64,000 nucleotides of DNA from Scyliorhinus canicula (taxonomy: Eukaryota), in contig NC_052156.1 of the NCBI RefSeq assembly GCF_902713615.1, forward strand, positions 126,604,407-126,668,406, read 5' to 3'. A program made the position numbers and the translations under genes. Shown here in pieces: positions 62,067 to 64,000 of the stretch; position 1 is the first letter of the stretch, and every line of letters starts with the position of its first letter. The notes below the pieces were generated by a model. The model did no database searches. It was not told the DNA's origin and worked only from the letters and a program-made list of their open reading frames with translations.

Positions 62067-62433
62067 GTAACGTATATTTTTGAATCGCACTTATGCGAGC
62101 TATTCTCTCCGAAATTCATTGCTGAATATGCCTTCTGTCAAAAGAACTGGTGGTTTGAGTTTCAGTGTAGAATACAATATAGTAATCTTAAAATTTATAA
62201 CTTTTTAAAGGCGTGGGGAACATATTTACATGGTTTAAAAGCCATAGCTGTTTTCCTCATTAGCATTACACACACATTTAGTTTGTACATTGTGAGTGAG
62301 ATTAGGATTTGAACTCCAGGCTTACCCATGCTTCATTTTAACAGCATTCTAACCCCTACTTGCATGTTTTTGCATATAATCTGGATTCATTAGGATAGCT
62401 CCAAATTGGAAGTTCCATCTTTTGGGTGAGAAA

Positions 62434-62538
62434 ATGTTTAATTTTTCCAATTGAGGGGCAATTTAGAATGGCCAATCCACCTACTCTGCACATCTTTGGG
62501 TTATGGAGGTGAGACCCATGCAGACACAGGGAGAATGC
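62434..62538 (-). mobile_element. Short V-SINE variant, 5'-truncated
   Basis: TSD tgggtgagaaa at 62423-62433 / 62539-62549. Confidence 0.8.
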
Positions 62539-62584
62539 TGGGTGAGAAAGTTACGGTAAGGCCCTGTCTTGTGCCACTGTTTAT

Positions 62585-62832
62585 GAGGATTTTTTTAATG
62601 CAGAGGGTCGTGGGAGTCTGGAATTTGCTGTCCGAGTTTATTTGGGGGGTGGCACGGCAGAGACCCGAAACACTTTTAAAAGGTACCGGATCTGCACCTT
62701 AAGTGCTCTAAGCTACAAGGCTATGGACCGGGTGCAGGAAGGTGGGATAGAAAGTGCACTTGGGTGTCCTCGGGTTGGCATGGACAAGATTGGCTGAATT
62801 GCCTCCTCCTGCGCTGTAACGTCTCTATGATT
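62585..62832 (+). mobile_element. CR1 3' fragment
   Basis: FLMQRVVGVWNLL and tail ggctgaattgcctcctcctgcgctgtaa. Confidence 0.65.
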
Positions 62833-62959
62833 CTTTTTGCAGAAGTGTAAGCGAGTTCTCCTGATATTATGGCTGCATCTATCCCCAATAAATCAGATTT
62901 GCTGGTCATTTATCCAATTTGTTGTTCATTCAATCTTGTAGGGTGCCGTATTTGTCTCC

Positions 62960-63082
62960 ATTAGGTGGGGGTTACAGGGATAGGGTGGAGACATGGATTT
63001 AAGTAGGGTTCTCTTTCCAAGGGCCGGTGCAGACTTGATGGGCCGAACAGCTTCCTTCTGCATGGTAGGGATTGTATTCTAT
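62960..63082 (+). mobile_element. V-SINE 3' fragment
   Basis: gggatagggtgg..gtgcagacttgatgggccgaa. Confidence 0.75.
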
Positions 63083-63926
63083 TACAAGTGGCTAATTTTG
63101 AAAATATTCCATTGATTGTAATGCACTCTGAAATGTTATGACGATCTGAAAGGAGTGAAATAAAAGCAGGTTTTTTTTGCATAGGCCAGCTGGAATCTGC
63201 TGGCGTGATTGCACTCGCATGATAAGAGCTGCTTCATTCAAAAGATTTATAGATTTAAACTTGAATAGGTTTCCTATGCCAGTGGTTCACTGCAGCTGAG
63301 CCCATTTAAACTTAGGAGTGCAGCTCGCAGATGAAGAACTTAAATATGAAAGTACATTAGAAGAGTTCTTCATCCATTCTGTGCCATATTAGGCAACCCA
63401 TTTCTTCCACTGCTTTACATCCAGCAGATCCTGCTCTATTTTTTTCTGTAAAGTACCTTTTTTGTGGACAGGTTATTAGCCCAATTCAAATCTCCTCCCA
63501 AGAGAATGGGTTAGGTGTGATGAGGCTTTACCACTCCACCTCTATTGGATGAACGCACCCTGCTAGATGTCAACCACATATTCCGAGACGTTCATCTCTT
63601 CTCCACTGTGCTATCTAGAGTGTGATTGAAACCCAAAGCCTTCTAACGCGAGATTCACTTCATTTGAGTCATAGAGTACAGAAGGAGTTCCTGTAGAATA
63701 TGTTGATGCATGTGCAACAGATGCAATTGTATTGTATCTCCAAATAATGACCAGACAAAGAGTACTCAATGTTTTTCAAGTTGGGCACAACTTTAACAAT
63801 ATTCTTGTTACAGAAGGTTGCTAGGTGTTTGGTGTCAAGTCAAAGGAGCTGGAAATTATGTAAACAGGGCAGAAATTGTTTAAAGGAAAAGTCTACAGTG
63901 ACATATCATGCATTTTATTTTGACAG

Positions 63927-64000
63927 TTGATCGTCCACTGGTTGTACAGTTTGCTGCTAGTCATGCACAGGATCTAGCTGATGCTGCTTGTATAGTTTCT
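63927..64000 (+). CDS. DUS4L: DUS4L third coding exon, partial (VDRPLVVQFAASHAQDLADAACIVS...)
   Basis: Acceptor ttttgacag. DUS motif D-x-PLVVQFAA. Runs off the window end. Confidence 0.93.

Overview
Vertebrate genomic DNA; the V-SINE, CR1, L1 and Penelope repertoire suggests a cartilaginous fish (inference). The window holds the conserved COG5/GPR22/DUS4L locus. COG5 coding exons 1-6 lie on the minus strand (61070 down to 27457), all GT-AG and in phase. GPR22 (7386-8627, + strand) is nested antisense in COG5 intron 6. DUS4L starts head-to-head with COG5 across a CpG-rich bidirectional promoter containing a 7-unit CCAAT-box array. The introns are saturated with transposable elements: a full-length L1 with a 15-bp TSD, other L1 copies, a CR1 with an open ORF2, a decayed Gypsy element, solo LTRs, Penelope with a hammerhead-like motif, a hAT element, Rex1 and many SINEs. 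Main observations: (1) a short V-SINE subfamily lacks the CR1 tail and carries L1-type long TSDs, suggesting a partner-LINE switch; (2) a 103-bp locally templated insertion sits inside the L1; (3) the GPR22 C-terminus appears truncated by frameshift, with the ancestral tail decaying in the 3' UTR; (4) a CR1-supplied perfect splice donor lies 140 nt past the weak COG5 exon 4 donor; (5) a hAT element carries unexplained ORF-like cargo. Gene identities rest on recalled human protein sequences. TE family names rest on motif recognition, not database searches. TE boundaries without a TSD are approximate.
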